Assembly (NCBI GenBank): GCA_964356305.1
Contig: CAYHGS010000002.1
Span: forward strand, 3,060-67,059
Direction of reading: 5' to 3'
DNA: 64,000 bases
Origin: an uncultured Candidatus Peribacteria bacterium
GTDB taxonomy: Bacteria > Patescibacteriota > Gracilibacteria > UBA1369 > UBA12463
In this document: in pieces, positions 1 to 8,977 of the stretch
How positions within the stretch are numbered: the first letter of the stretch is position 1
How the letters are laid out: every line of letters begins with the position of its first letter
Made by a program: the position numbers and the translations under genes
The notes under the pieces: generated by a model
What the model saw: only the letters and a program-made list of their open reading frames with translations
What the model was told of the DNA's origin: nothing
Database searches by the model: none

Positions 1-260
1 GCGGGTACATCCCGTAGTCGCGGTGGAATTCCGAAGCGGTCGAACTTACCTCTTTCGTAGATAGGTCGAATATTAAATGTCCCGTCAGGCAACTGTCTTA
101 TGATTCGCCAATATAGCTCTCCTTGTCGTACACGTATCGTGAGACCAGCTTCTTCAAGCACGTTTGGATTCACCGAGGGTCGGCCGCGCATCTGATCAAT
201 CCTAGTGGCCATACTCGGAGCAATTTCTCGTAACACACTTTGTAATCGCTGCATGACCAT
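1..260 (-). CDS. hypothetical protein, N-terminal 86 codons only (continues past window start)
   Basis: The minus-strand frame is open from the ATG at 260 (MVMQRLQSVLREIAPSMATRIDQMRGRPSV...) to position 1. It is absent from the ORF track because no stop lies in the window. No motif recognised. Confidence 0.35.
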   Translation of the reverse strand, partial: MVMQRLQSVLREIAPSMATRIDQMRGRPSVNPNVLEEAGLTIRVRQGELYWRIIRQLPDGTFNIRPIYERGKFDRFGIPPRLRDVP

Positions 261-394
261 ATGGAACCTTTATGCCTAAGATGGCAATGGTATCATATTT
301 TTATTATTTGTAAATCTTATCTTCACAAAAACAAAGCTAATTTAGCTTTGATATTTCTTGAGCTCCATCGTAGACGCACGAAGTGCGGTTCGGA

Positions 395-1348
395 CTATTT
401 TTTGTCTTTCGGCACATGTTCCGCCACATATTGTCTCATAGCCTTTTCGGTTGTAAGCCAGTTTCGGCCTTCTTTGTGCGCATCAATTCGACCTTCTTTT
501 GCAAGTTTTCCTAGATAGGCCTGACTGTAATCACAGAATTTTGTTGCCTCATGCAGAGAAATCCATTGCTCTTTGTTTTCCAGCTTTTCTTTTGAAGGCG
601 TGAGTACGTTGAGATATATATTCAGCGAGCGAAGCACTGCCTGCGCGATGAAGCTACAAAGTGGTTTATAATTATTACTGTCTGCATCCCGCAGGGCACG
701 ATAATATTTTTGACGATCTAGCACCTGAATAATCGTCATTGGAAAACCGTACTGCATCAGGAAAATATTCATAAGCAGTCTACCGGTTCTACCATTCCCA
801 TCTTGAAATGGATGGATGTGTACGAATTTATGATGGAAGATAGCGGAAAACTCAACCATATCTATTTTTCCATAATTTTCTCGCGCCCACTGTACAAGTT
901 CTCGCATTTTTATTGGAACTTCAAATGAACTTGGTGGACGATGATCTGTATTAGTGATAAATACGTCCACTTCGCGATATTTTCCTGCGATATTTTTATC
1001 AATATTTTGAATTACCAATGCATGCAAACTTCTGATGAGCTGTTCGGAAATAGTGTGAGATGTCCCATGCTCTATAAGTTCATAAAGATAATCAAGCGCC
1101 TCTTTATGATTCTTTGCCTCAAGATGATCTTTGAGCGATTTTCCTTTGACGGTAATACCCTGCTGAATAACCCAGTACGTTTCTTTGAGCGTAAGAGTAT
1201 TGCCCTCGATCGCGTTTGAATTATATGTCATTTCTATCTCAAACTTTTCCTTGAGCTTCTGAAGAATGGTCGGAGAAAGTAGCCTAAGCTTGTTGAGTTT
1301 TCCAAGCTTTTCCTTGAGGAGATTTTGGATGGCTTCTGGAATGAGCAT
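395..1348 (-). CDS. Fic family protein (AMPylase-type, class II autoinhibited) with C-terminal DNA-binding-like tail
   Basis: The Fic active-site motif HPFQDGNGRTGR matches HxFx[DE]GNGRxxR. The N-terminal SNAIEG matches the [ST]xxxE[GN] inhibitory-helix motif. The last ~60 aa (SLHEATKFCDYSQAYLGKLAKEGRIDAHKEGRNW) look like an excisionase/MerR-type HTH. Confidence 0.9.
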   Translation of the reverse strand: MLIPEAIQNLLKEKLGKLNKLRLLSPTILQKLKEKFEIEMTYNSNAIEGNTLTLKETYWVIQQGITVKGKSLKDHLEAKNHKEALDYLYELIEHGTSHTISEQLIRSLHALVIQNIDKNIAGKYREVDVFITNTDHRPPSSFEVPIKMRELVQWARENYGKIDMVEFSAIFHHKFVHIHPFQDGNGRTGRLLMNIFLMQYGFPMTIIQVLDRQKYYRALRDADSNNYKPLCSFIAQAVLRSLNIYLNVLTPSKEKLENKEQWISLHEATKFCDYSQAYLGKLAKEGRIDAHKEGRNWLTTEKAMRQYVAEHVPKDKK

Positions 1349-1454
1349 AGATGCTGTTGTATGGGTTGGATACCTGTTGATATTACCCTATCCAACCTAT
1401 AAAGTCAAGAACTCATATGGCATATAAACAAAGCTGGATCAGCTTTAAAATCTG

Positions 1455-1529
1455 TGGAGCGGGTAACGGGAATCGGACCCGTTTCTTCAGTTTGGAAAAC
1501 TGACATAATAACCATTATACGATACCCGC
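1455..1529 (-). tRNA. tRNA-Gly (anticodon UCC), CCA encoded
   Basis: The reverse complement GCGGGTATCGTATAATGGTTATTATGTCAGTTTTCCAAACTGAAGAAACGGGTCCGATTCCCGTTACCCGCTCCA folds as a cloverleaf. It has a 7 bp acceptor, anticodon stem TCAGT/ACTGA with loop TT-TCC-AA, and T-arm CGGGT CCGATTC? CCCGT-like GGTTCGATTCC-type. Confidence 0.9.
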
Positions 1530-1662
1530 GAGTTGTGAATGGAACGTTGGCGAGGCCGAAAGGCCGAGCCGAGCATCTGAAGCTAGAAGCTTGTGGATGC
1601 GAGGTTGAGTTTACTGGAGGTGAGAACGTTTGGCAAGAGGAGGAAGCATTGAATATGGATAC

Positions 1663-1693
1663 AAAAGGCCTGGATTTTAACATCCAGGCCTTT
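1663..1693 (-). terminator. rho-independent terminator (bidirectional hairpin) downstream of the lipoprotein gene
   Basis: A 9 bp perfect stem ggcctggat/atccaggcc with a 6 nt loop, flanked by an A-run and a T-run. Confidence 0.7.
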
Positions 1694-1730
1694 CAATTGT
1701 CTCTGTAGCTTCCCTTTGGGGGAAGATAGC

Positions 1731-2597
1731 TTAGTTTCCGAGCTTTGTAGCGACATCGCCGTAAGCGACAGCCGCGTCAGTGTCCTGACCTCCAAAGCTA
1801 TACGTTACTGTTACTCGTCCGAGAGCGGCATCAACCTTCTTTACCTTTCCGGCTGTGAATGATCCATAGTTAGGTATGTAGACAGAATCGCCAACTTTGA
1901 CGGTAGGAACCACTGGAACGACGAAACATTTACTTCGATCAAATGTCTTGATAGATCCTGCCCATCCTCCTACGAGTACCTTGGAGTCGGTAGCGTTGAG
2001 AATCTGATACTTGCCGTAGTTCGTGCTGGTAGCATCCATGCATCCAACGGTTACGCCTGCGTTCCATCCATCTGCAATCTTTACAAATGTGTCCGGTTGA
2101 AGCGTGTCTTCTTTATCTGAAGAGCTATTAGCATCCATATCGAGGTAACGAACGGTTGGTTGCGTTGCTGTTCCACCTGTGACGATTGCTCTCTCCATTC
2201 CGGATCCAGACTGCCACCATGTGAGAACGATATCCCCCTTCTTAACTTTCTCTCCTTTTGGGAGAGGAATAATCATCGAATTAGGAATAGAAAGCTCGCT
2301 TCCAAAAGATTTAACCTTGGAGACATTTGTTCCAGGTGCGGACATTACGGCATTATAATAAATATATGTATCGTCTTTTCCCTTGAGTGCTGATGTTACC
2401 GTCAAAACGTTGTCGCCCATTACTCCTGTTGTCGACGCGATGACTGGATAATCAAACGGAACTGATCCTTCCGGAGCGGCTACGGGAACGACTGCGGCTG
2501 TTGGTGCCGGTGTAGTTGCCGGTGTTGCAGCAGGAGAACCTATACAGCCAGACAAAACTAAAGAAGAAAGTGAGAGAAGAACGGCGAGTCGCTTCAT
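1731..2597 (-). CDS. lipoprotein of unknown function
   Basis: An internal ATG at 2597 gives MKRLAVLLSLSSLVLSGC, a signal peptide with a lipobox. The ORF-track start at 2681 is probably an upstream extension. Ala/Pro/Thr linker after the Cys. Confidence 0.65.
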   Translation of the reverse strand: MKRLAVLLSLSSLVLSGCIGSPAATPATTPAPTAAVVPVAAPEGSVPFDYPVIASTTGVMGDNVLTVTSALKGKDDTYIYYNAVMSAPGTNVSKVKSFGSELSIPNSMIIPLPKGEKVKKGDIVLTWWQSGSGMERAIVTGGTATQPTVRYLDMDANSSSDKEDTLQPDTFVKIADGWNAGVTVGCMDATSTNYGKYQILNATDSKVLVGGWAGSIKTFDRSKCFVVPVVPTVKVGDSVYIPNYGSFTAGKVKKVDAALGRVTVTYSFGGQDTDAAVAYGDVATKLGN

Positions 2598-2684
2598 GAA
2601 AATAGGGATTAAGAAATATATTCGAGCGTATCTTAAACAAGATGCTCTCAAAAACAAATACCAAAAAGCTACACTAACCACATG

Positions 2685-4088
2685 CTACTTTTCTGGCAAC
2701 TCAAACTCCTGACCTGGAGACGGTACCTCGACATTTGTGAATCCGCTCTGACGAAGGAAACCTTCGAAATCGAGACCTTGGCCCTCTTCACCGTGTACGA
2801 GGAAGATTTTTTTCACCGGCTGTATATCGTTTAGTTTCTTCATATAATCGAGCAAATCTGAACGATCAGCATGGGCTGAAAAGGCATCCATTACAATGAT
2901 TTCCGCCTTCACATCGTAGGGATCGCCAAAAATATTTACCTTTTTCTCACCATCAAGAAGTTTTCGTCCAAGCGTATTTGCGGCCTGATATCCTACGAGA
3001 AGGACGGTATTATGAGAATTTTCGATATTATTTTTCAGGTGATGCAGGATACGTCCATGTTCACACATTCCGGATGATGAAATAATAATCATCGGACCGT
3101 TGAGCTCATTGAGATGCTTGGACTCCTCTACGCTTTTCGTATAAATAAGTCTCCCAAAACCAAACGGATTGTCTCCATTTTTGATAAATTCTTCGTTTGT
3201 CGCACTGTCAAAGCAGTCGAGATGTTTCTTGAAAACTTCCGTAACATTAACCGATAGCGGACTGTCCACATAAATCGGAAGTTCTGGAATTCTCTTTTCC
3301 TTCCAGAGAATATTAAGATAGTAGACAATTTCCTGCGTACGCTCGAGGGCAAAGGCGGGAATAATAATTCTTCCACCACGCTTGGCTGTTCTCGTAATAA
3401 TGTCCGCGAGATCCTGCTCTACCGTCTGAATGGCTGCGTGAAAACGATTTCCGTAGGTGGATTCTGACAAAAGATAGTCTGTTGCAGGAAGCATTTCCGG
3501 ATCAGGAAGCAGTGGAAGTCCTTTTCTACCCAAGTCGCCCGTGAATCCGAGTGTATATTTCTTTCCTGTTTCTTTGTCATCAATCTGAAGATATATCTGT
3601 GCTGAACCCAGAATATGTCCAGCATCATAAAATGTCAGGTTAACACCTTCCGAGATGTTGATTGTTTTTCTATAAGGTACGCCCTTAAAAAGTTTCTGAG
3701 TTTTCTCCGCATCTTCGACTGAGTAAAGTGGCGCTATACATGTCTTCCCTTTCTTCGCGAGATATTCTGCTTCTTTCTCCTGGATCATCGCGCTATCCAT
3801 GAGCATATATGATGCGAGATCCTGCGTGGCTCGAGTGGAGTAGATTGGTCCGCTGAATCCTCTTTTTACGACATATGGCAAGATTCCCGAGTGATCAATA
3901 TGGGCATGCGAAATAATAATCATGTCGAGCTCTTTCGGATCGAACATGAGTTTTTCATTTTTCTCACAGGACTCTTTTCGACTTCCCTGTGCCATACCGC
4001 AGTCGAGAAGAATCTTCTTTCCATTGATGGTGAGGAGATGTCTTGACCCTGTTACTTCACGTGCTGCTCCGCAGAATTTGATATGCAT
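2685..4088 (-). CDS. MBL-fold beta-CASP ribonuclease (CPSF73/RNase J-like RNA-metabolising hydrolase)
   Basis: Metallo-beta-lactamase motif SHAHIDHSG, downstream D/H motifs (YDAGHILGSA, ESTYG) and C-terminal SAHAD typical of the beta-CASP family. Confidence 0.85.
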   Translation of the reverse strand: MHIKFCGAAREVTGSRHLLTINGKKILLDCGMAQGSRKESCEKNEKLMFDPKELDMIIISHAHIDHSGILPYVVKRGFSGPIYSTRATQDLASYMLMDSAMIQEKEAEYLAKKGKTCIAPLYSVEDAEKTQKLFKGVPYRKTINISEGVNLTFYDAGHILGSAQIYLQIDDKETGKKYTLGFTGDLGRKGLPLLPDPEMLPATDYLLSESTYGNRFHAAIQTVEQDLADIITRTAKRGGRIIIPAFALERTQEIVYYLNILWKEKRIPELPIYVDSPLSVNVTEVFKKHLDCFDSATNEEFIKNGDNPFGFGRLIYTKSVEESKHLNELNGPMIIISSSGMCEHGRILHHLKNNIENSHNTVLLVGYQAANTLGRKLLDGEKKVNIFGDPYDVKAEIIVMDAFSAHADRSDLLDYMKKLNDIQPVKKIFLVHGEEGQGLDFEGFLRQSGFTNVEVPSPGQEFELPEK

Positions 4089-4177
4089 TTGATGTTTGTT
4101 ACTGAATTTGGGTTCGGCCGTATCTTTTTATTGTACCACTTTTCAGCCTTAAAAGCAAACTATCCTTGTTTATGGGC

Positions 4178-5230
4178 TTATTTCCATGTTGGTTGACTCT
4201 TGTACAAATCAATAGGATGCTCAAAAATTTGAATCGATTTGTTGTCTTGGTCGGTTGAGAAAACGGCTTCTACCGTAAGGCCATGCTGAGTGGCGTCGGA
4301 CCAGTATTGGTCGAAGATGAAATTACCGAGAGAGTAGATGATAGGGACTCCGTTGTATGTTTCGATCGTCTGAGGAATATGCGGATGGTGACCAATAATG
4401 AGACTCGCGCCAGAGTCGATAAAAAGGTGGGCAAGTTGTTGCTGGCGCTTCGATGGATTTTTCTGATATTCAACCCCCCAATGAATCACGACAATGGTAT
4501 AATCAACGGTCGGACTGATTTTTTGGATGAGCTTGGCAGCGGCCTGTTCGTCGAGATGATGCGTTGCGTCGTGGAAACCTATGAATGCAAATGTTTTACC
4601 ATTCATGGTTTCATACAGCGTGTCGAATTCTATTGGCAGTATCGGGTGTCCAAAATATTTTACTCCCGCCTGCTTTAAATAATTGAGGGTGGAAATAAAC
4701 CCCTTCTGTCCTTGATCAAGCGCGTGGTTGTTGGCAACGGTGACAATATCAATACCGTTGTTTTTGATAATTTCCGCCGTATCAGGTGCAAATCCGAAGT
4801 TCATGCCAGTCTGCGCGTAGTTAGGATTTGGCACTATTGGACCCTCTAAATTGGCTATGACACGATCAAAATAGTCATTCAAAAAATTCGCACCCGGATT
4901 GGTGGCAATATGAGCCTTTGCAAAGGCATAATTAGGATTATGATTCTTGTCCATCAAGGTCCTCACATATCTTCCCATCATCACATCACCAAGGAATAAA
5001 AGTTTGATATATTTGGAGGTTGGCGCAGGGATTGCTATCTGTGGATGCGGAGTTGGAATTGGTACGAGAGTCGGATTCTCCTTTTTCACATCTTGGGCGA
5101 TAGATGTTCCCGTAATGGATATCATGACTTTTTCGGAAATATCTTTCTTAGCATCAAGAACAAACCTCGATCCGAAGAAAAGTCCGGAAACTATGAGAAT
5201 CGATACGATAGCGAAGATGCGATTTTTCAT
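4178..5230 (-). CDS. CapA family metallophosphoesterase-like protein (poly-gamma-glutamate capsule synthesis family), membrane anchored
   Basis: N-terminal TM helix. Motifs FLGDVMMGR, NLEGP, ANNHALDQG, HWGVEY, GHHPH and SLGNFIFDQ are characteristic of PGA_cap/CapA. Confidence 0.8.
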   Translation of the reverse strand: MKNRIFAIVSILIVSGLFFGSRFVLDAKKDISEKVMISITGTSIAQDVKKENPTLVPIPTPHPQIAIPAPTSKYIKLLFLGDVMMGRYVRTLMDKNHNPNYAFAKAHIATNPGANFLNDYFDRVIANLEGPIVPNPNYAQTGMNFGFAPDTAEIIKNNGIDIVTVANNHALDQGQKGFISTLNYLKQAGVKYFGHPILPIEFDTLYETMNGKTFAFIGFHDATHHLDEQAAAKLIQKISPTVDYTIVVIHWGVEYQKNPSKRQQQLAHLFIDSGASLIIGHHPHIPQTIETYNGVPIIYSLGNFIFDQYWSDATQHGLTVEAVFSTDQDNKSIQIFEHPIDLYKSQPTWK

Positions 5231-5236
5231 GAAAGT

Positions 5237-5494
5237 TTATGCCTGTAGGAGTTCATCTAATTTGCCTTCCTGCTCGAGGGCGTTCATGTCGTCAAATCCC
5301 CCGATATGCTTATCGTTAATAAATATCTCCGGAAAGGTTCGTCGTCCATTGGAGCGATTAAGCATTTCCGTTTTAAGATCTTCGTCTTCGCCTGCGTGGT
5401 ATTCTATAAACTCAACTTTTTTCGAGTTGAGAAGTTCTTTCGCGGCGGTGCAATACGGACAGAGCTGTCTCGTGTATATTTCTACTTTGGCCAT
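5237..5494 (-). CDS. grxC: glutaredoxin
   Basis: 85 aa with the CPYC active site, TFPEIFI and a GGFDD glutathione-binding region. Confidence 0.85.
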   Translation of the reverse strand: MAKVEIYTRQLCPYCTAAKELLNSKKVEFIEYHAGEDEDLKTEMLNRSNGRRTFPEIFINDKHIGGFDDMNALEQEGKLDELLQA

Positions 5495-5651
5495 ATGTTT
5501 TTATATATAAAATAATCTTCCTCTATATTACTCGCTGGCCCAAATGTAGTCAAAGAGTGCCTCGGTGGTTTCGTGGAAAGAAATGGCTAATTGATTATTA
5601 TTCGACTTTTTGGCTGCCCCATGCTAAAGATATGTGGTGATAAAAAAAGGC

Positions 5652-7103
5652 ATGACCATTCCGCTGAAGATTGAGAAGTTCGCCCTGGGCGGACAGGGAT
5701 TGGCGTTTGTGGAGACGGAGGTGGCAGAGAAGGAAAACGGGAACGAAAACAACGCCTCCGCTACGCTTCGGCGTAGAGTTCCTATTTTTGTAGATGATGT
5801 GTGTATCGGAGATGAGGTTGAGGCCAGATTAACCAAGAAAAAGTCATCCTTTGGAGAGGGAGTTCTCGTGCGAGTTACGAAAGAGTCGCCGGAACGCGTA
5901 CCAGCAAGATGCAAACATTTCAGCGCTTGTGGTGGGTGTAGTTGGCAGTTTTTGGCATACGAAAGACAACTACAATGGAAAGAGCAGTTAGTGCGAGAGA
6001 CACTTTCACATATTGGAGGTTTTTCCGAGGAGGTATTGGGTAACGTTTTCGGCAAGATTGTCGGTTGTGATGACCCCTGGTATTACCGCAACAAGATGGA
6101 ATGGAGCTTTTCCATTGACCAAGTAAACGGCTCATTAAGCGGAGGATTTCACGTGAAGAAAATGCATTACGATACAGTGAATGTTCAGGAGTGCTTCCTG
6201 CAATCGCTCAGGTCGGTGGAGATTTTCAAAGTGATTCGTGAGTTTTTTGTGGAGATGCATGCGCGTGGAGAAAATGTTCTCTATGATATGCGGAAGCATC
6301 GCGGGTTGCTGCGCTCGGTTTTTGTACGCGAGGGTAAGCGAACGGGTGAGTACATGGTTATCATCCAGAGTTCGGACACGAAGTTTGATACTGAGGCTTT
6401 TCTTTCTCGTTTGGAAACATTTCCGGAGATTGTTTCTGTGGTTCAGATCGTCGTTCATGATGCAAAAGGATTTCCGACGCGCCTAGAGGAGCGAGTTTTG
6501 AGAGGTCGAGATTACTACCGTGAGGAGATGCATATTTTGGATACTCAGTTACAGTTTCATGTGAAGCCTCTGGCTTTTTTCCAACCAAATACCTTGATAG
6601 CCGAAAAAATATATGGCGAGGTGGTGTCATTATTACGGGGGCACTTTTCTGATGACATGCTCTCGAAGATGCGCGCTTATGATTTGTACTGTGGCACAGG
6701 CACGATTGGTATTGTCATGAGCCGCTACCTTGAGTCCGTTATCGGCATCGAATTGAACGCGAATGCTATTGCGAGTGCCCACGAAAATGCACAGCTCAAT
6801 GCTATCTCGAATATTGCGTTCCACGAGGGTGATGTGAAAAACGTATTGCGTGAAATGGTTGGTTCTCCCATGGATATCATGACGATCGATCCACCAAGAA
6901 GCGGCATGGAGACTCAGGTTTTGGAGCAGGTAGTCGCGGTGGCGCCGAAGGCGCTCGTATATGTTTCCTGTAATCCTGCGACGTTCGCGAGAGATGCAAA
7001 AATATTGTGTGGGAACGGATACACGCTCGTCTCCGTTCGCCCATTTGATCAATTTCCACAAACGGCACATATCGAAACAGTGGCACTGTTCACGAGGGAG
7101 TAG
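5652..7103 (+). CDS. 23S rRNA (uracil-C5)-methyltransferase, RumA/RlmD (TrmA) family
   Basis: TRAM-like N-terminus, Fe-S Cys cluster CKHFSACGGCSWQ, SAM motif DLYCGTGTIG, DPPRSG and the catalytic VSCNPAT. The ATG at 5652 is preferred over the GTG at 5634. Confidence 0.85.
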   Translation: MTIPLKIEKFALGGQGLAFVETEVAEKENGNENNASATLRRRVPIFVDDVCIGDEVEARLTKKKSSFGEGVLVRVTKESPERVPARCKHFSACGGCSWQFLAYERQLQWKEQLVRETLSHIGGFSEEVLGNVFGKIVGCDDPWYYRNKMEWSFSIDQVNGSLSGGFHVKKMHYDTVNVQECFLQSLRSVEIFKVIREFFVEMHARGENVLYDMRKHRGLLRSVFVREGKRTGEYMVIIQSSDTKFDTEAFLSRLETFPEIVSVVQIVVHDAKGFPTRLEERVLRGRDYYREEMHILDTQLQFHVKPLAFFQPNTLIAEKIYGEVVSLLRGHFSDDMLSKMRAYDLYCGTGTIGIVMSRYLESVIGIELNANAIASAHENAQLNAISNIAFHEGDVKNVLREMVGSPMDIMTIDPPRSGMETQVLEQVVAVAPKALVYVSCNPATFARDAKILCGNGYTLVSVRPFDQFPQTAHIETVALFTRE

Positions 7104-7140
7104 TATACTTTTTGCAAACATCCTCACTCACTTTTTGATT

Positions 7141-8286
7141 ATGAAAAAAATATTCACTCTTTTCTCGGTTTCTCTTTTTCTCTTGAGTCTTTCTATTAGC
7201 TCCGCGAGTGCTTTTTCCCTAGGATCAGGCCGAAGTGTTGACGTGAGCGTTCCTCTGACTGGGAATTTTTATGCTGTTGGAGGCGAAGTAAATATCGATC
7301 AACCTATCATGGGTGACGCGGTGATTGCCGGCGGAATTGTAAATATTCAGGCGGATGTATCGGGAGATGTATTGATTTTAGGGGGCAAGGTAAATATCTA
7401 TGCGAATGTCGGGGATAGTGTGCGCGTGGTGGGAGGAACAGTTTCTCTTTCAGGCAATGTGAAACATGATGTTGTTGTTTCGGCCGGCACCCTAGAGGTG
7501 GCAAAGAATTCTACCATCGGTGGGAGTGTACTGACGGCGGGGGGGGTCGTGACGATTGATGGCAACGTAAGCGAGGACGTGGTGGGAAATGCAAGCTTCT
7601 TCAAGCTGAAGGGATGGATAAACGGCAATGTCGATGTAACCGCCGATGATGTTATTAATATCTCCAGTAGTGCCAAAATTAAAGGTGATTTAAAATACTA
7701 CTCACGCAATCCGGCTATCATTCCTGCCGGCGTTGTTATGGGCAAGACGGAGCGTCGTGGTGATGGGAACGGAGCTTTCAAGGAAGTTATCCTTGGGTTC
7801 TTTAGCCTGGGATATGTCATCATGAAACTGCTTACGTATATCTCTCTTCTCCTTATTGGGTTGCTCTTGTTTCTATTTGTTCCCCATGAAGTAGTGAAGA
7901 TTTCCGATATGATGCGACGTGGGTTTTGGAAACATCTAGGCCTTGGTTTTCTCGTCCTCACTTCCGGAGCTGCCTTTAGCGTAGTAGCCGCCATTACCGT
8001 CGTAGGAATACCGCTCTCGCTCATAACCGCCGCGGCGCTTGCCATCGGGCTTTACGTCACTCCGATTGTCATCGGATTATTCCTAGGCAATGTCATCATG
8101 AAACACAAACCTCGTTCAAACGTGAAGATGTACGGTATTATGGCACTCGGCATGTTCGCCTATACGCTTGTATGTATGATTCCTCTTCTAGGCGCTGTCG
8201 TGAGCTCCATTCTTCTCCTCGCCGGATTTGGATCTTTCGTGCGACGACAGTATGAATTGGCCATGATCGTGCGAGGAAAGAAGTAA
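7141..8286 (+). CDS. membrane protein with bactofilin-like (polymer-forming cytoskeletal) beta-helix repeats and C-terminal multi-TM domain
   Basis: The ATG at 7141 gives a signal-like MKKIFTLFSVSLFLLSLSISSASA. Repeated G(D/G)V-I-GG-VNI units follow, and the last ~130 aa form 4 hydrophobic helices. The ORF-track start at 6961 overlaps the preceding gene. Confidence 0.55.
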   Translation: MKKIFTLFSVSLFLLSLSISSASAFSLGSGRSVDVSVPLTGNFYAVGGEVNIDQPIMGDAVIAGGIVNIQADVSGDVLILGGKVNIYANVGDSVRVVGGTVSLSGNVKHDVVVSAGTLEVAKNSTIGGSVLTAGGVVTIDGNVSEDVVGNASFFKLKGWINGNVDVTADDVINISSSAKIKGDLKYYSRNPAIIPAGVVMGKTERRGDGNGAFKEVILGFFSLGYVIMKLLTYISLLLIGLLLFLFVPHEVVKISDMMRRGFWKHLGLGFLVLTSGAAFSVVAAITVVGIPLSLITAAALAIGLYVTPIVIGLFLGNVIMKHKPRSNVKMYGIMALGMFAYTLVCMIPLLGAVVSSILLLAGFGSFVRRQYELAMIVRGKK

Positions 8287-8332
8287 GAGTATAGGAGTTG
8301 ATTATCTATGCTGTTTTACTTTTGATCTCCCC

Positions 8333-8632
8333 GTGCTACTATTATGTGGATTTCTCTATTTCTTTACTCTTTTTTTTATGATGATGCATTCCAAGTGCAA
8401 ATCAGCCATGATGCTGGTTTTGGGTGTTCTCTTTTTACTCGGTACCATGAACGTTTGGGCTGAGTTTACACTCGCTAAGTATTGGCCTCTCTTCCTCGTC
8501 CTCTGGGGTCTCCATGGCCTTTTCTGCTCATGCTGCTCAAAGCCTTGCGACGACAAGGGCGACAAGTCATGCGAGAATAAGCCTATGGCAGCAGGTTGCT
8601 GCAAGAATGGTGGCAAGGGTGGTAACTGCTAA
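8333..8632 (+). CDS. small membrane protein with Cys/Gly/Lys-rich tail, unknown function
   Basis: Two hydrophobic helices followed by CSCCSKPCDDKGDKSCENKPMAAGCCKNGGKGGNC. The true start may be the ATG at 8378. Followed by a terminator. Confidence 0.45.
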   Translation: MLLLCGFLYFFTLFFMMMHSKCKSAMMLVLGVLFLLGTMNVWAEFTLAKYWPLFLVLWGLHGLFCSCCSKPCDDKGDKSCENKPMAAGCCKNGGKGGNC

Positions 8633-8668
8633 TTCACTGTTTGTAGGCACTTTCGTTTGAAATCAAAG

Positions 8669-8702
8669 CACCTCGATATGTAAAAGTATCGGGGTGTTTT
8701 TT
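8669..8702 (+). terminator. rho-independent terminator
   Basis: A 10 bp stem cacctcgata/tatcggggtg (one G-U) with an 8 nt loop, followed by a T-run. Confidence 0.65.
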
Positions 8703-8970
8703 ATAGCACTCCCAAATAGCACTCCTCACAATACACCTTGTATACACTATCCGCGGCGTATGAGCTCATGAGCTTCATCTGACATTTGTCGCAGGTTCTC
8801 TCGAAGAGTTTTCGGGGGTTGCGGAGACTTTCCCGGTGTTTTCGTCGGCATTCCATACATTTTCTCGGTGTAGGGATATTTTGTCGTGTGTAGAATTCGC
8901 TTTCTTTTTTAATAATAAGGAACTGTTTTCTGCACTGCTCGCATGTGGATTCAATATTTTTTCCGCTCAT
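8701..8970 (-). CDS. zinc-ribbon protein (paralog of the C-terminus of the next gene)
   Basis: Four CxxC pairs. CEQCRKQFLIIKKESEFYTRQNIPTPRKCMECRRKHRESLRNPRKLFERTCDKCQ aligns with residues ~335-410 of ORF 8978..10225. Confidence 0.7.
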   Translation of the reverse strand: MSGKNIESTCEQCRKQFLIIKKESEFYTRQNIPTPRKCMECRRKHRESLRNPRKLFERTCDKCQMKLMSSYAADSVYKVYCEECYLGVL

Positions 8971-8977
8971 ATAGTAT

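Noticed and set aside
6961-7140. N-terminal 60-codon extension of the bactofilin-like ORF, and similar upstream extensions at 2598-2681, 30866-30925 and 51054-51113
   Set aside because: The extensions overlap the preceding gene or a promoter element. The internal ATGs are each immediately followed by a clear signal peptide or lipobox.
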